From the IMG/VR virus record IMGVR_UViG_3300020432_000023, positions 1 to 32,875 of that record: a DNA stretch of 32,875 bases; one strand, given 5' to 3'. The notes beneath the pieces were generated by a model. That model had not been told where the DNA came from. It did no database searches and saw only the letters and a program-made list of their open reading frames with translations. Numbering within the stretch: position 1 is the first letter of the stretch; the number at the start of each line of letters is the position of its first letter. The position numbers were made by a program, and so were the translations under genes. The DNA is from a virus. Its lineage: Duplodnaviria > Caudoviricetes. Shown piece by piece: positions 19,809-26,183 of the stretch.

Positions 19809-19965
19809 CTTCTTTCTGTGACTTTTTTCTACGAGACGCATCACAGCGTGGATCTGTAATAAGATATCTACAATATTCATTGCCATGGTCGTAGAAATGA
19901 TCACTCATATCTACGGGTACATTAGCATTTCTCTTACCATCTACAATTCTATTTGCCTTGGCCAC
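19804..19965 (-). CDS. Small hypothetical protein (53 aa)
   Basis: GTG start at 19965 preceded by AGAGG is preferred over the ORF-track start; MAKANRIVDGKRNANVPVDMSDHFYDHGNEYCRYLITDPR. Confidence 0.6.
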   Translation of the reverse strand: MAKANRIVDGKRNANVPVDMSDHFYDHGNEYCRYLITDPRCDASRRKKSQKEV

Positions 19966-20089
19966 GATACCTCTTTCTTGCTTTGTTACGTGATGTAGCA
20001 GAGTACTTTGAATGTTGTCCTTTACCCTGTCTTGTTTTCTTTGGAGTAGCCACAATTGTAGGTTGACCCATTGAATATCTAGTTGCCAT
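19949..20089 (-). CDS. Small very basic protein (46 aa)
   Basis: Translated by hand: MATRYSMGQPTIVATPKKTRQGKGQHSKYSATSRNKARKRYRGQGK; starts just after the PAAR stop. Confidence 0.75.
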   Translation of the reverse strand: MATRYSMGQPTIVATPKKTRQGKGQHSKYSATSRNKARKRYRGQGK

Positions 20090-20092
20090 AAT

Positions 20093-20380
20093 TTAACCTG
20101 CGAATACGTTTGATGAACCAGCTGCTACTGATGTGCAGCCACCAAGTCCATCTCCTACTCTACCACAACCTTTGCCATTTACAAAGACCGTAGAACTACC
20201 ACTTGATATGGAAGCAGAGTGTGGTGGACATGGATTACCTGGTTTTAAGTGTGTGGTGTTCTTATCTCCTTGACGAGAGATAGGTCTACCATTAGCGAAG
20301 ACGTTACCACTACCCTGTGCTCTGGACATTCCAGAACAATGGGCAACGTCTGCGTCTCCTACTCGTGTAACTGCTGGCAT
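20093..20380 (-). CDS. PAAR-domain spike tip protein (T4 gp5.4-like)
   Basis: MPAVTRVGD...HC...GSGNVFANGRPISRQGD...H...PPH...GSSTVFVNGKGCGRVGD...C...GSSNVFAG; ATG at 20380. Confidence 0.92.
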   Translation of the reverse strand: MPAVTRVGDADVAHCSGMSRAQGSGNVFANGRPISRQGDKNTTHLKPGNPCPPHSASISSGSSTVFVNGKGCGRVGDGLGGCTSVAAGSSNVFAG

Positions 20381-20381
20381 T

Positions 20382-20891
20382 TTAAGTATAGTAATTTGAA
20401 ACGAAGGCACGTATACCTTCCCACTCATTATATATCTTCAATTCGAGTACGAAGGTTGCAGGTGTCTGTGCTACTAGGTTACCTGTAGGACCACTCTCCC
20501 ATTGTACAGTAATATCAAAGAACCTACTTACGTATGCATTATTATCCTGATCCAGATCATAGTAGATTTTATCTGCTGGCATATTAACTACTCTCTCGAC
20601 TGTTATAGGGGTCATAGTCAGGTCAGTCTCCCCTTGTTCTACATATGTAAACCTATCAACAAAAGGATCTTGTAACGTCCCTCCTATGTTGACAGAGGTT
20701 GTGCCATCAGTGATGACTAGATCAGGCTCATTAGCAGGTGCCTGTACTGCTGCAGTCACGTTAGTTACATTACATACATTAGGTGAAGCAACTGAACAAG
20801 AAGCACTCACTGTCTGGTTCATTGCAAAGTTAGGTCTAGTTATATCCGTAAGGAACGTTGTTGTTCCATCAGGTGTTATGGTGACTGCCAT
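20382..20891 (-). CDS. Hypothetical protein, probably virion-associated (169 aa)
   Basis: Thr/Val-rich, beta-strand-like ORF in the late operon immediately upstream of PAAR. Confidence 0.7.
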   Translation of the reverse strand: MAVTITPDGTTTFLTDITRPNFAMNQTVSASCSVASPNVCNVTNVTAAVQAPANEPDLVITDGTTSVNIGGTLQDPFVDRFTYVEQGETDLTMTPITVERVVNMPADKIYYDLDQDNNAYVSRFFDITVQWESGPTGNLVAQTPATFVLELKIYNEWEGIRAFVSNYYT

Positions 20892-21075
20892 GTGTTTCTT
20901 TTATTAATCCGTTCTTTAACGCTATCTCATACATTATACTATGAATGGTCATATCATATGCGTTTGACCATGGTTGCGTCTTCTCATTCTCTATCCAACA
21001 TTGAAGACTTCCGTATTGTGCCTTTGGTATATCATCTCTAAACCATGAGTCATATTCAAATTTGTATTTGGTCAT
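20869..21075 (-). CDS. Hypothetical protein (68 aa)
   Basis: ATGA overlap with the upstream ORF. Confidence 0.65.
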   Translation of the reverse strand: MTKYKFEYDSWFRDDIPKAQYGSLQCWIENEKTQPWSNAYDMTIHSIMYEIALKNGLIKETHGSHHNT

Positions 21076-21287
21076 TTGCGTTCTCTTGTCATTAACTCCT
21101 GCAAGTACTCTGCATACTTACTCATCTCCACATGATCATTTACATCATGGGGTGGTTCTGGAGGGGTAGGAGCGAATTTAATAAGGTGGTCGAAAGACGC
21201 AGGTAAGTCTCTGGCTTTCGTATGCCTTATAATTTCATCGTTATCTCGTATAACGAATTCTCCTTCCAGTGATTCCAGTCCTAGCAT
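21072..21287 (-). CDS. Hypothetical protein (71 aa)
   Basis: First ORF after a late-promoter-like site; AGGA ribosome-binding site upstream. Confidence 0.75.
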   Translation of the reverse strand: MLGLESLEGEFVIRDNDEIIRHTKARDLPASFDHLIKFAPTPPEPPHDVNDHVEMSKYAEYLQELMTRERK

Positions 21288-21308
21288 GGTTTGTACTTCC
21301 TATGAAAT

Positions 21309-21316
21309 TATTTAGA
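21309..21316 (-). promoter_or_regulatory. Late promoter variant (TCTAAATA)
   Basis: One mismatch to TATAAATA, about 20 nt upstream of the ORF starting at 21287. Confidence 0.6.
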
Positions 21317-21369
21317 GACAACGACGCGATTTTACGCGGTTTTTTGTTTAAACGCGAATTTTTTAATCT

Positions 21370-21561
21370 CTACCAGTTCGTATCCAATTCTCTAAGCTTC
21401 TCATCGTGGTCACATACGACATCTACTAACTTCTCGTAGTCCTCTGAGCCTGGTCGTCTCATTAAGAGATTGGACTGTGCCACTTTGCTCTCTAGTGCCG
21501 ACAGTCTTTCTTCAAGTTCTCTGATGTCACAGTGTATGGATGTATGGTAGTCGCCTGACAT
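21370..21561 (-). CDS. Hypothetical coiled-coil protein (63 aa)
   Basis: ATG at 21561 with GGAGG upstream; MSGDYHTSIHCDIRELEERLSALESKV. Confidence 0.75.
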   Translation of the reverse strand: MSGDYHTSIHCDIRELEERLSALESKVAQSNLLMRRPGSEDYEKLVDVVCDHDEKLRELDTNW

Positions 21562-21569
21562 GTATCCTC

Positions 21570-21746
21570 CTAGTTTTGCTTGATATCGAATGTCCATTTG
21601 ATATGCTTGATGTAGTCAAACGTATCTCCTATATCCTTATCACAGTCTATCTCATACTTACGATCACAGAGAAACTTACGAAGTTCGTAGATACTATTGT
21701 AAGTACCTACTTGGTCAAAGTGTTCGTTGTATAGGACGTACTGCAT
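21570..21746 (-). CDS. Hypothetical protein (58 aa)
   Basis: Translated by hand: MQYVLYNEHFDQVGTYNSIYELRKFLCDRKYEIDCDKDIGDTFDYIKHIKWTFDIKQN; follows a consensus promoter. Confidence 0.7.
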   Translation of the reverse strand: MQYVLYNEHFDQVGTYNSIYELRKFLCDRKYEIDCDKDIGDTFDYIKHIKWTFDIKQN

Positions 21747-21774
21747 CGTGGGAAGTGGGTGGTATCTATTATAT

Positions 21775-21803
21775 ATTATATCAGCATTTCAGAACAATTG
21801 CAA
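21775..21803 (-). promoter_or_regulatory. Sigma70-like promoter
   Basis: TTGCAA-N17-TATAAT with a TG extended -10. Confidence 0.7.
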
Positions 21804-21819
21804 GCGTAATAATACTCAG

Positions 21820-21999
21820 CTATTCTGGAACGTCTCTCACGGTGCCCGTCGCTTCTGCTTTCGTCATTGTCTGATACTGTATTGCAGTGATGTCCCAAGC
21901 CATGTCGTTGACACGTTTCTGGGCAGCATATTCATCCTCTGCTGATACTCTGATCCACTGTGTATAGGTTACTGTGGTTTCTACATCGAAGGTTTTCAT
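21820..21999 (-). CDS. Hypothetical protein (59 aa)
   Basis: Translated by hand: MKTFDVETTVTYTQWIRVSAEDEYAAQKRVNDMAWDITAIQYQTMTKAEATGTVRDVPE. Confidence 0.7.
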   Translation of the reverse strand: MKTFDVETTVTYTQWIRVSAEDEYAAQKRVNDMAWDITAIQYQTMTKAEATGTVRDVPE

Positions 22000-22111
22000 A
22001 AAAATACCTAGGGGAAATTTTTGGAAAAATTATATTTTTAATATCACGCTCGCTCATGCAAGACTTTATAGCTTAGAAAGCGTATGGATGTTAAGCTTAG
22101 CGGGCTAGGGG

Positions 22112-22132
22112 AAAAACCCCCACTAGGGGGGG
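22112..22132 (-). terminator. Rho-independent terminator
   Basis: Minus strand CCCCC-TAGT-GGGGG followed by TTTTT, just after the stop at 22141. Confidence 0.7.
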
Positions 22133-22140
22133 ATAGTGCC

Positions 22141-22275
22141 TTACTGGTCGTCTTGGTTATCCTCTTCATCGAGGTCGTCCAGTGTTATGACTGTGAAGTG
22201 TTCGCGAATGAACTTATCATTCACTAGCAAGTCATATGTGCTTGCGTCTAATGGGTGATGCATTATGTCAATCAT
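22141..22275 (-). CDS. Small acidic hypothetical protein (44 aa)
   Basis: Translated by hand: MIDIMHHPLDASTYDLLVNDKFIREHFTVITLDDLDEEDNQDDQ; TAATG coupling to the upstream ORF. Confidence 0.55.
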   Translation of the reverse strand: MIDIMHHPLDASTYDLLVNDKFIREHFTVITLDDLDEEDNQDDQ

Positions 22276-22463
22276 TATGCAACCTCCATCCACTTAAACT
22301 CAGAGATGCTACCGACTTTCCAAATTGTGATTGGACGTTCTAGCAATTCTGCCTGTCTCTCTGCGTGACGCTTTGCGTCTGCAAACATAGATCCGTCAAA
22401 TACGTCTGCCCAGATCTTGACTTCGTTTCCGTAGTCTGTAGGTTGAACTGCCCAAGTAGTCAT
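22275..22463 (-). CDS. Hypothetical early protein (62 aa)
   Basis: ATG at 22463 with AGGAG, and TGCTATAAT at 22497-22489; MTTWAVQPTDYGNEVKIWADVFDG. Confidence 0.75.
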   Translation of the reverse strand: MTTWAVQPTDYGNEVKIWADVFDGSMFADAKRHAERQAELLERPITIWKVGSISEFKWMEVA

Positions 22464-22545
22464 GTGTGCTCCTGTGTGGTATGTACTTATTATAGCATGT
22501 ATAATACCCCCGTCTATGTAGTTGACGAGGGATTGAAACATTCGT

Positions 22546-22800
22546 TTACAATTCATCTAAGCACTCGCACATTTCATCATAGTCTGCTTCAGTCCACTTT
22601 GCACCATCGGGGGTCTTATCCATGCCAAAGTATTGCATCTCTAGGATAAAGTCGAACCAGTCCTCGCAACCTTTCGCTATATTGTAGAGTCCTTCGTCCC
22701 CACCTATCCAGAGGGCACAGTTCCATGTAGTCCAGTCTGCCCACCCGTTATAGGTCTTCTTTGGGAGATCGGTGAGGTTGAGTGATTGTTGAAAAGTCAT
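22546..22800 (-). CDS. Conserved phage hypothetical protein (84 aa)
   Basis: YNGWADWTTWNCALWIGGDEGLY...TPDGAKW, a motif familiar from small phage proteins; has its own promoter. Confidence 0.8.
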   Translation of the reverse strand: MTFQQSLNLTDLPKKTYNGWADWTTWNCALWIGGDEGLYNIAKGCEDWFDFILEMQYFGMDKTPDGAKWTEADYDEMCECLDEL

Positions 22801-22822
22801 TAATGCTTTAGTCGTTAGTATT

Positions 22823-22868
22823 ATTATAAAGGAAAAACCGTCCCCCTACCAACTAAAAGGGACGGTTT
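22823..22868 (-). promoter_or_regulatory. Stem-loop/terminator fused to a -10 box
   Basis: AAACCGTCCC...GGGACGGTTT inverted repeat followed directly by TTCCTTTATAAT. Confidence 0.65.
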
Positions 22869-22879
22869 CTCAAGTGGTT

Positions 22880-23023
22880 GAGTCGGAGGTTCGATTTAAA
22901 GAGCATCTTCCACTGGGGTCGCTCACCCGTGCCCGACTCGGCCGTTATGGGACTTACAACAATTGACCTTTTAACGCGGTAATGCTTCCGCTGGTGAGAT
23001 GTACGCCCAAGGCACCTAGTGCC
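22880..23023 (-). ncRNA. Structured RNA candidate; 3' domain resembles the Cyano-2 RNA motif
   Basis: GAGTCGG/CCGACTC closing stem around GGGT-GAGCG-ACCC, GGAAGA, TGCTC and TAAATCGAA; further stems upstream; GC-rich intergenic stretch ending at a terminator. The Cyano-2 similarity is from memory, not a search. Confidence 0.55.
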
Positions 23024-23183
23024 TATCTGATATGTACCAGACCCCGTAAGCATTTAGTCTTTGGGGTTCAAAGTTTCTCTTTGCCATCGCGTCAAGTGTT
23101 GCCTTAACCACGGGATCTTGCATTGCGGTTTTGTTCATTAGAACTTTGCCTTCATACATTGGTGTTAGATCGGAGTTGAACAT
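23016..23183 (-). CDS. Hypothetical early protein (55 aa)
   Basis: MFNSDLTPMYEGKVLMNKTAMQDPVV; TATAAT at 23213-23208 places the start at 23183. Confidence 0.7.
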   Translation of the reverse strand: MFNSDLTPMYEGKVLMNKTAMQDPVVKATLDAMAKRNFEPQRLNAYGVWYISDRH

Positions 23184-23259
23184 AGAGTTAGTTTGCTGTA
23201 TACCTTTATTATACACGTGATAGGGTTGAGGTCTGCACATTGTTACAAAAGTGTAATAA

Positions 23260-23328
23260 TTAAGGATTGAATAATAGGATGAAGATCAGTAGGATCCAGT
23301 CGATCGGGTTTAGTCCCTTTTCTTTCAT
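23260..23328 (-). CDS. Putative 22-aa hydrophobic peptide
   Basis: MKEKGLNPIDWILLIFILLFNP; ATGA overlap with the upstream stop. Confidence 0.4.
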   Translation of the reverse strand: MKEKGLNPIDWILLIFILLFNP

Positions 23329-23624
23329 GTGATTGCTAATTCAGCAACTACCGTGCTAGAATACAAATAGCATTCTTGATTAAATGCTTTCTTGTAACGT
23401 TTGCCGACTGCATGCAGTGCAGATATCACCGCTGTGTCTTCAGTCGTTACGCTTACCGTCATGCATTGTTCAATTTCGCCTTTGTATATTCCGATCCCCT
23501 CGGTGATAGTCGCATACTCTAGCAAGTTAAGGACCTCATCTTTTAAAAATGTATTCCACATTTGCTTAGTAACTTTGCCACTGTTAGGAATGTTTCTACC
23601 TAGGGTGATGCTGTGAGTTTGCAT
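23325..23624 (-). CDS. DUF3574-like protein, possible phage SAM lyase (99 aa)
   Basis: LGRNIPNSGKVT...W..FL..EV...TITEGIGIYKGEIEQ...YKKAFNQECYL matches the DUF3574 pattern and the G-x-Y...E and Q-[DE]-C-x-L motifs of T3 SAMase. Confidence 0.6.
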   Translation of the reverse strand: MQTHSITLGRNIPNSGKVTKQMWNTFLKDEVLNLLEYATITEGIGIYKGEIEQCMTVSVTTEDTAVISALHAVGKRYKKAFNQECYLYSSTVVAELAIT

Positions 23625-23686
23625 AAAGCAGTAATCTTCGTATGTGATTCTATTGTAATGCATAGCGAGCAACATACTAGGGGCTC

Positions 23687-23748
23687 TGTGCCACTAATAT
23701 TTGTGTCTACTAAGTGGTTGAATCTTTGACTCAATCGTTTATTATAAT
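23687..23748 (+). promoter_or_regulatory. Cyanophage early promoter (bipartite motif + TATAAT)
   Basis: TGTGCCACTAATATTTGTGTCTA-N33-TATAAT, with TTGAAT near the -35 position. Confidence 0.75.
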
Positions 23749-23774
23749 AGAGTACACATAAGAGATTCATTTCA

Positions 23775-24020
23775 ATGATCCTACGTCAATTCGGTTCTAA
23801 TCAAACAGAGGTCACCTTCAACAATGGTACATCTATTTTCTTTTCATATGAAACACCTGTTGCAGGTCACACTATCCTTGATGGTTATTTCAAAACTGAT
23901 ACCTACTATTCTAGAACAACTAGCAAGCACATCAATCAGTATTTGAAGCACGCTGACTCATACGTCAAGACTGTTACAAATGATTACATTACTAACCTTT
24001 GTCACCCTGAGGGAGTATAA
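23775..24020 (+). CDS. Conserved phage hypothetical protein (81 aa)
   Basis: GSNQTEV...FFSYETPVA...YSRTTSKHINQYL, a motif familiar from phage early proteins. Confidence 0.8.
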   Translation: MILRQFGSNQTEVTFNNGTSIFFSYETPVAGHTILDGYFKTDTYYSRTTSKHINQYLKHADSYVKTVTNDYITNLCHPEGV

Positions 24021-24027
24021 TAGAGTC

Positions 24028-24222
24028 ATGAGCAACAAACAAGACACTCAGTGGTTGAGAACAATCACAATGACCGAACCAGAAGAAGCAGTCCTTGTTT
24101 CAATGGCGAGGTACTTCGTCGATATGGGTTTACCCGACGACATCAACGAGTCAGACTTCGACTCACTCGTTGATAAAATATGCGAACCTAGTCCTTTCGA
24201 TTATGCACCTTATGGGAAATGA
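24028..24222 (+). CDS. Hypothetical protein (64 aa)
   Basis: ATG at 24028, 6 nt after TATAAT (24016-24021); possibly leaderless. Confidence 0.7.
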   Translation: MSNKQDTQWLRTITMTEPEEAVLVSMARYFVDMGLPDDINESDFDSLVDKICEPSPFDYAPYGK

Positions 24223-24370
24223 AAACTTTATGGAGGAACTCGCTGACTCCATCTATGACCAGATCGTCACAGAGAATTTCAAAGACTTGACGACTGATGA
24301 AGAGCAACTCGTTTATGAGATTGCATGCACCAAAGCAAACGAACAGTTTGAGTCTGGTGCATACGAATAA
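24212..24370 (+). CDS. Small acidic hypothetical protein (~52 aa)
   Basis: MGNENFMEELADSIYDQIV; overlaps the upstream stop; start uncertain. Confidence 0.6.
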   Translation: MGNENFMEELADSIYDQIVTENFKDLTTDEEQLVYEIACTKANEQFESGAYE

Positions 24371-24393
24371 TTGATCCTTTACCAACTTTAATT

Positions 24394-24918
24394 ATGCCCA
24401 ATCATTGCTACAACCGAGTCACATTCTATAGTGACGATACAACAGCGATCCTAAAACTGCATAGAGTCTTTATGCAAGGGATCGAGAATGATGACAACAC
24501 TGAGACGACTAAAACAGTGTTTGGAAATTTCATACCAGAACCAAACTGGGAAGAAATACCACTACATGAGAATGACGTTAAAGAGTATTCATTCTCAAAG
24601 CCCAGAGGTGAAGTGGGCGAATGTCCTAAAATGATTGTGGATAAAGAATGCCCTTTTAGGTCTGGATTGCGTTTCCAATCTACTGACGTTATGGACGATC
24701 GGTGGTATAACTGGCGAGTTCAAAACTGGGGAACTAAGTGGGATTGCTACGACCTAAGCATTGACGACTCAGACATGCCACACGGATTCGAGGTGAATTT
24801 CAATACTGCGTGGTCACCGCCTGAAGGGGTACATTATGCAATCTCGGAACAGTTCGACGATCTCAGCATGAGTTGGTTTTATGACGAACCAGGTTGTGAA
24901 GTAGCGGGTTATCTATAA
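24394..24918 (+). CDS. DUF1281/YubB (Api92-like) ferredoxin-fold protein
   Basis: Family signature motifs MPNHCYN, WYNWRVQNWGTKWD, FNTAWSPP and YDEPG. Confidence 0.8.
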   Translation: MPNHCYNRVTFYSDDTTAILKLHRVFMQGIENDDNTETTKTVFGNFIPEPNWEEIPLHENDVKEYSFSKPRGEVGECPKMIVDKECPFRSGLRFQSTDVMDDRWYNWRVQNWGTKWDCYDLSIDDSDMPHGFEVNFNTAWSPPEGVHYAISEQFDDLSMSWFYDEPGCEVAGYL

Positions 24919-25052
24919 TGCCATTATCTCAAGGTGAATTACAAACTCTCATAAACCTAGTTGATGCTAGGTTAGAGAGACAGTACAACGAGGAATATCA
25001 AAACATCCTCGACAAGTTAACCGAAATTCAATGGAGACAGTATGGATCGTGA
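24918..25052 (+). CDS. Hypothetical protein (44 aa)
   Basis: Translated by hand: MPLSQGELQTLINLVDARLERQYNEEYQNILDKLTEIQWRQYGS; TAATG coupling. Confidence 0.6.
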   Translation: MPLSQGELQTLINLVDARLERQYNEEYQNILDKLTEIQWRQYGS

Positions 25053-25299
25053 ATTACTACTAGAACTCAAAGAGTTTCTAACAGAAAGGATGGTGGATAA
25101 TATGTCCACTAAAGACCTTGCAGAGTATGTCGCAAATGACTTATTCAATTACTTTGACAAACTAGGGGAACATGAATTCCTAGAGGAAGCCCGAAACTAT
25201 TGGGATGATAGTTTTGATGAAGTGGTAGAAGAGGTTAAAGACTATATGAAATGCGACATTAAACAACCGCTTAAGACGTTTACTGCAGAGACAGACTAA
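25042..25299 (+). CDS. Acidic helical hypothetical protein (85 aa)
   Basis: GGAG ribosome-binding site; ERMVDNMSTKDLAEYV motif. Confidence 0.75.
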   Translation: MDRELLLELKEFLTERMVDNMSTKDLAEYVANDLFNYFDKLGEHEFLEEARNYWDDSFDEVVEEVKDYMKCDIKQPLKTFTAETD

Positions 25300-25360
25300 T
25301 GTAAACAATTGTTTCAATATGCCCATGTATTTCCTATATGGGCATATTTTCCTTTATAAT
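25300..25360 (+). promoter_or_regulatory. Stem-loop fused to a -10 box, with an upstream direct-repeat box
   Basis: TGTAAACAATTGTTTCA, then AATATGCCCATGTA-TTTCC-TATATGGGCATATT hairpin, then TTCCTTTATAAT. Confidence 0.65.
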
Positions 25361-25385
25361 AAAAGAGTACCAACGAAATTGATTT

Positions 25386-25586
25386 ATGCAATTCCTTTAC
25401 GTAGACATCACAAATTACCCCGTAACACGCGAGGGTATCTATCAAGCGTGTTATGACGAGGTAGTCGCTGAAGCGACAGATACTGGAGATCTACCGATGT
25501 ATGGTCAACAGATGCTGAACCAATCAGCACAATGGAAGTTTGACGATTTCATGTCAGACATCGAAAAAATGGTGGGGGTCAAGTAA
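25386..25586 (+). CDS. Hypothetical protein (66 aa)
   Basis: First ORF after the promoter whose -10 is at 25355. Confidence 0.7.
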   Translation: MQFLYVDITNYPVTREGIYQACYDEVVAEATDTGDLPMYGQQMLNQSAQWKFDDFMSDIEKMVGVK

Positions 25587-25849
25587 TGAACTCATCATTT
25601 AACGATTTCATCGAGTACTGCAAGTCATTCTATGGTTATGGCGGTCTATATGACCAAGGCAGATCTAGAGAGCAAATTGCATACGCTACTTGCATCTACC
25701 TAGACGCGATCGCACATTACGACAGCGACGTATACTCATGGGGGGACGGAGATAGTCTCGACAGAGAGCGTGTCCGTGACATCATGAACCAGATCTATGA
25801 TGGTGGATTTGACCCTTTCGCTTACCTTAACGAAGAGGTGGCGGTATGA
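25586..25849 (+). CDS. Conserved phage hypothetical protein (87 aa)
   Basis: FIEYCKSFYGYGGLY...GDSLDRERVRDI motif; coupled to the upstream ORF. Confidence 0.8.
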   Translation: MNSSFNDFIEYCKSFYGYGGLYDQGRSREQIAYATCIYLDAIAHYDSDVYSWGDGDSLDRERVRDIMNQIYDGGFDPFAYLNEEVAV

Positions 25850-26031
25850 AAAAGATCAACGTTAAAAAACTCTACGATGATTTCGCAGAGTTAGGTTGGG
25901 ACTATACGTGCAATCGTATGTCCCGTAGTGCGATGGCATACTATGATGCAATCGCTGTTAACTTAGGTGTCCTTGACGATGGCGAACATTGGAATGAAGA
26001 TGCCTATCAAGACAAGAGGTGCGACCATTGA
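25846..26031 (+). CDS. Hypothetical protein (61 aa)
   Basis: GAGG ribosome-binding site; ATGA overlap. Confidence 0.7.
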   Translation: MKKINVKKLYDDFAELGWDYTCNRMSRSAMAYYDAIAVNLGVLDDGEHWNEDAYQDKRCDH

Positions 26032-26183
26032 ATTATCAACTTGAAGACCTGACGTATGACGATATCCGTCGTGCGTCTAGTAATTATCTCAGGTCATGTC
26101 TTAAAGAAGACATTGCACCTGAGATGTCAGACATGATTGACAAAGAACTGTACATTAGAGAACAAAGGAGATCTATCACATGA
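26028..26183 (+). CDS. Hypothetical protein (51 aa)
   Basis: Translated by hand, TTG start with GAGG upstream: MNYQLEDLTYDDIRRASSNYLRSCLKEDIAPEMSDMIDKELYIREQRRSIT. Confidence 0.55.
   Translation: MNYQLEDLTYDDIRRASSNYLRSCLKEDIAPEMSDMIDKELYIREQRRSIT

Noticed and set aside
20249-22649. Plus-strand ORFs 20249-20488, 20686-20907, 21540-21734, 21727-21945 and 22365-22649
   Set aside because: Antisense to better-supported minus-strand genes that have promoters and ribosome-binding sites.
22886-22900. GGTTCGATT resembling a tRNA T-loop on the plus strand
   Set aside because: No T-stem, D-arm or anticodon arm forms around it; better explained as part of the minus-strand structured RNA.
22853-23053. 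66-aa minus-strand ORF over the structured RNA
   Set aside because: Overlaps the upstream gene, has atypical composition and coincides with RNA stems.
25300-25316. NtcA box
   Set aside because: Does not fit GTA-N8-TAC; a 10-bp-spaced direct repeat fits better.
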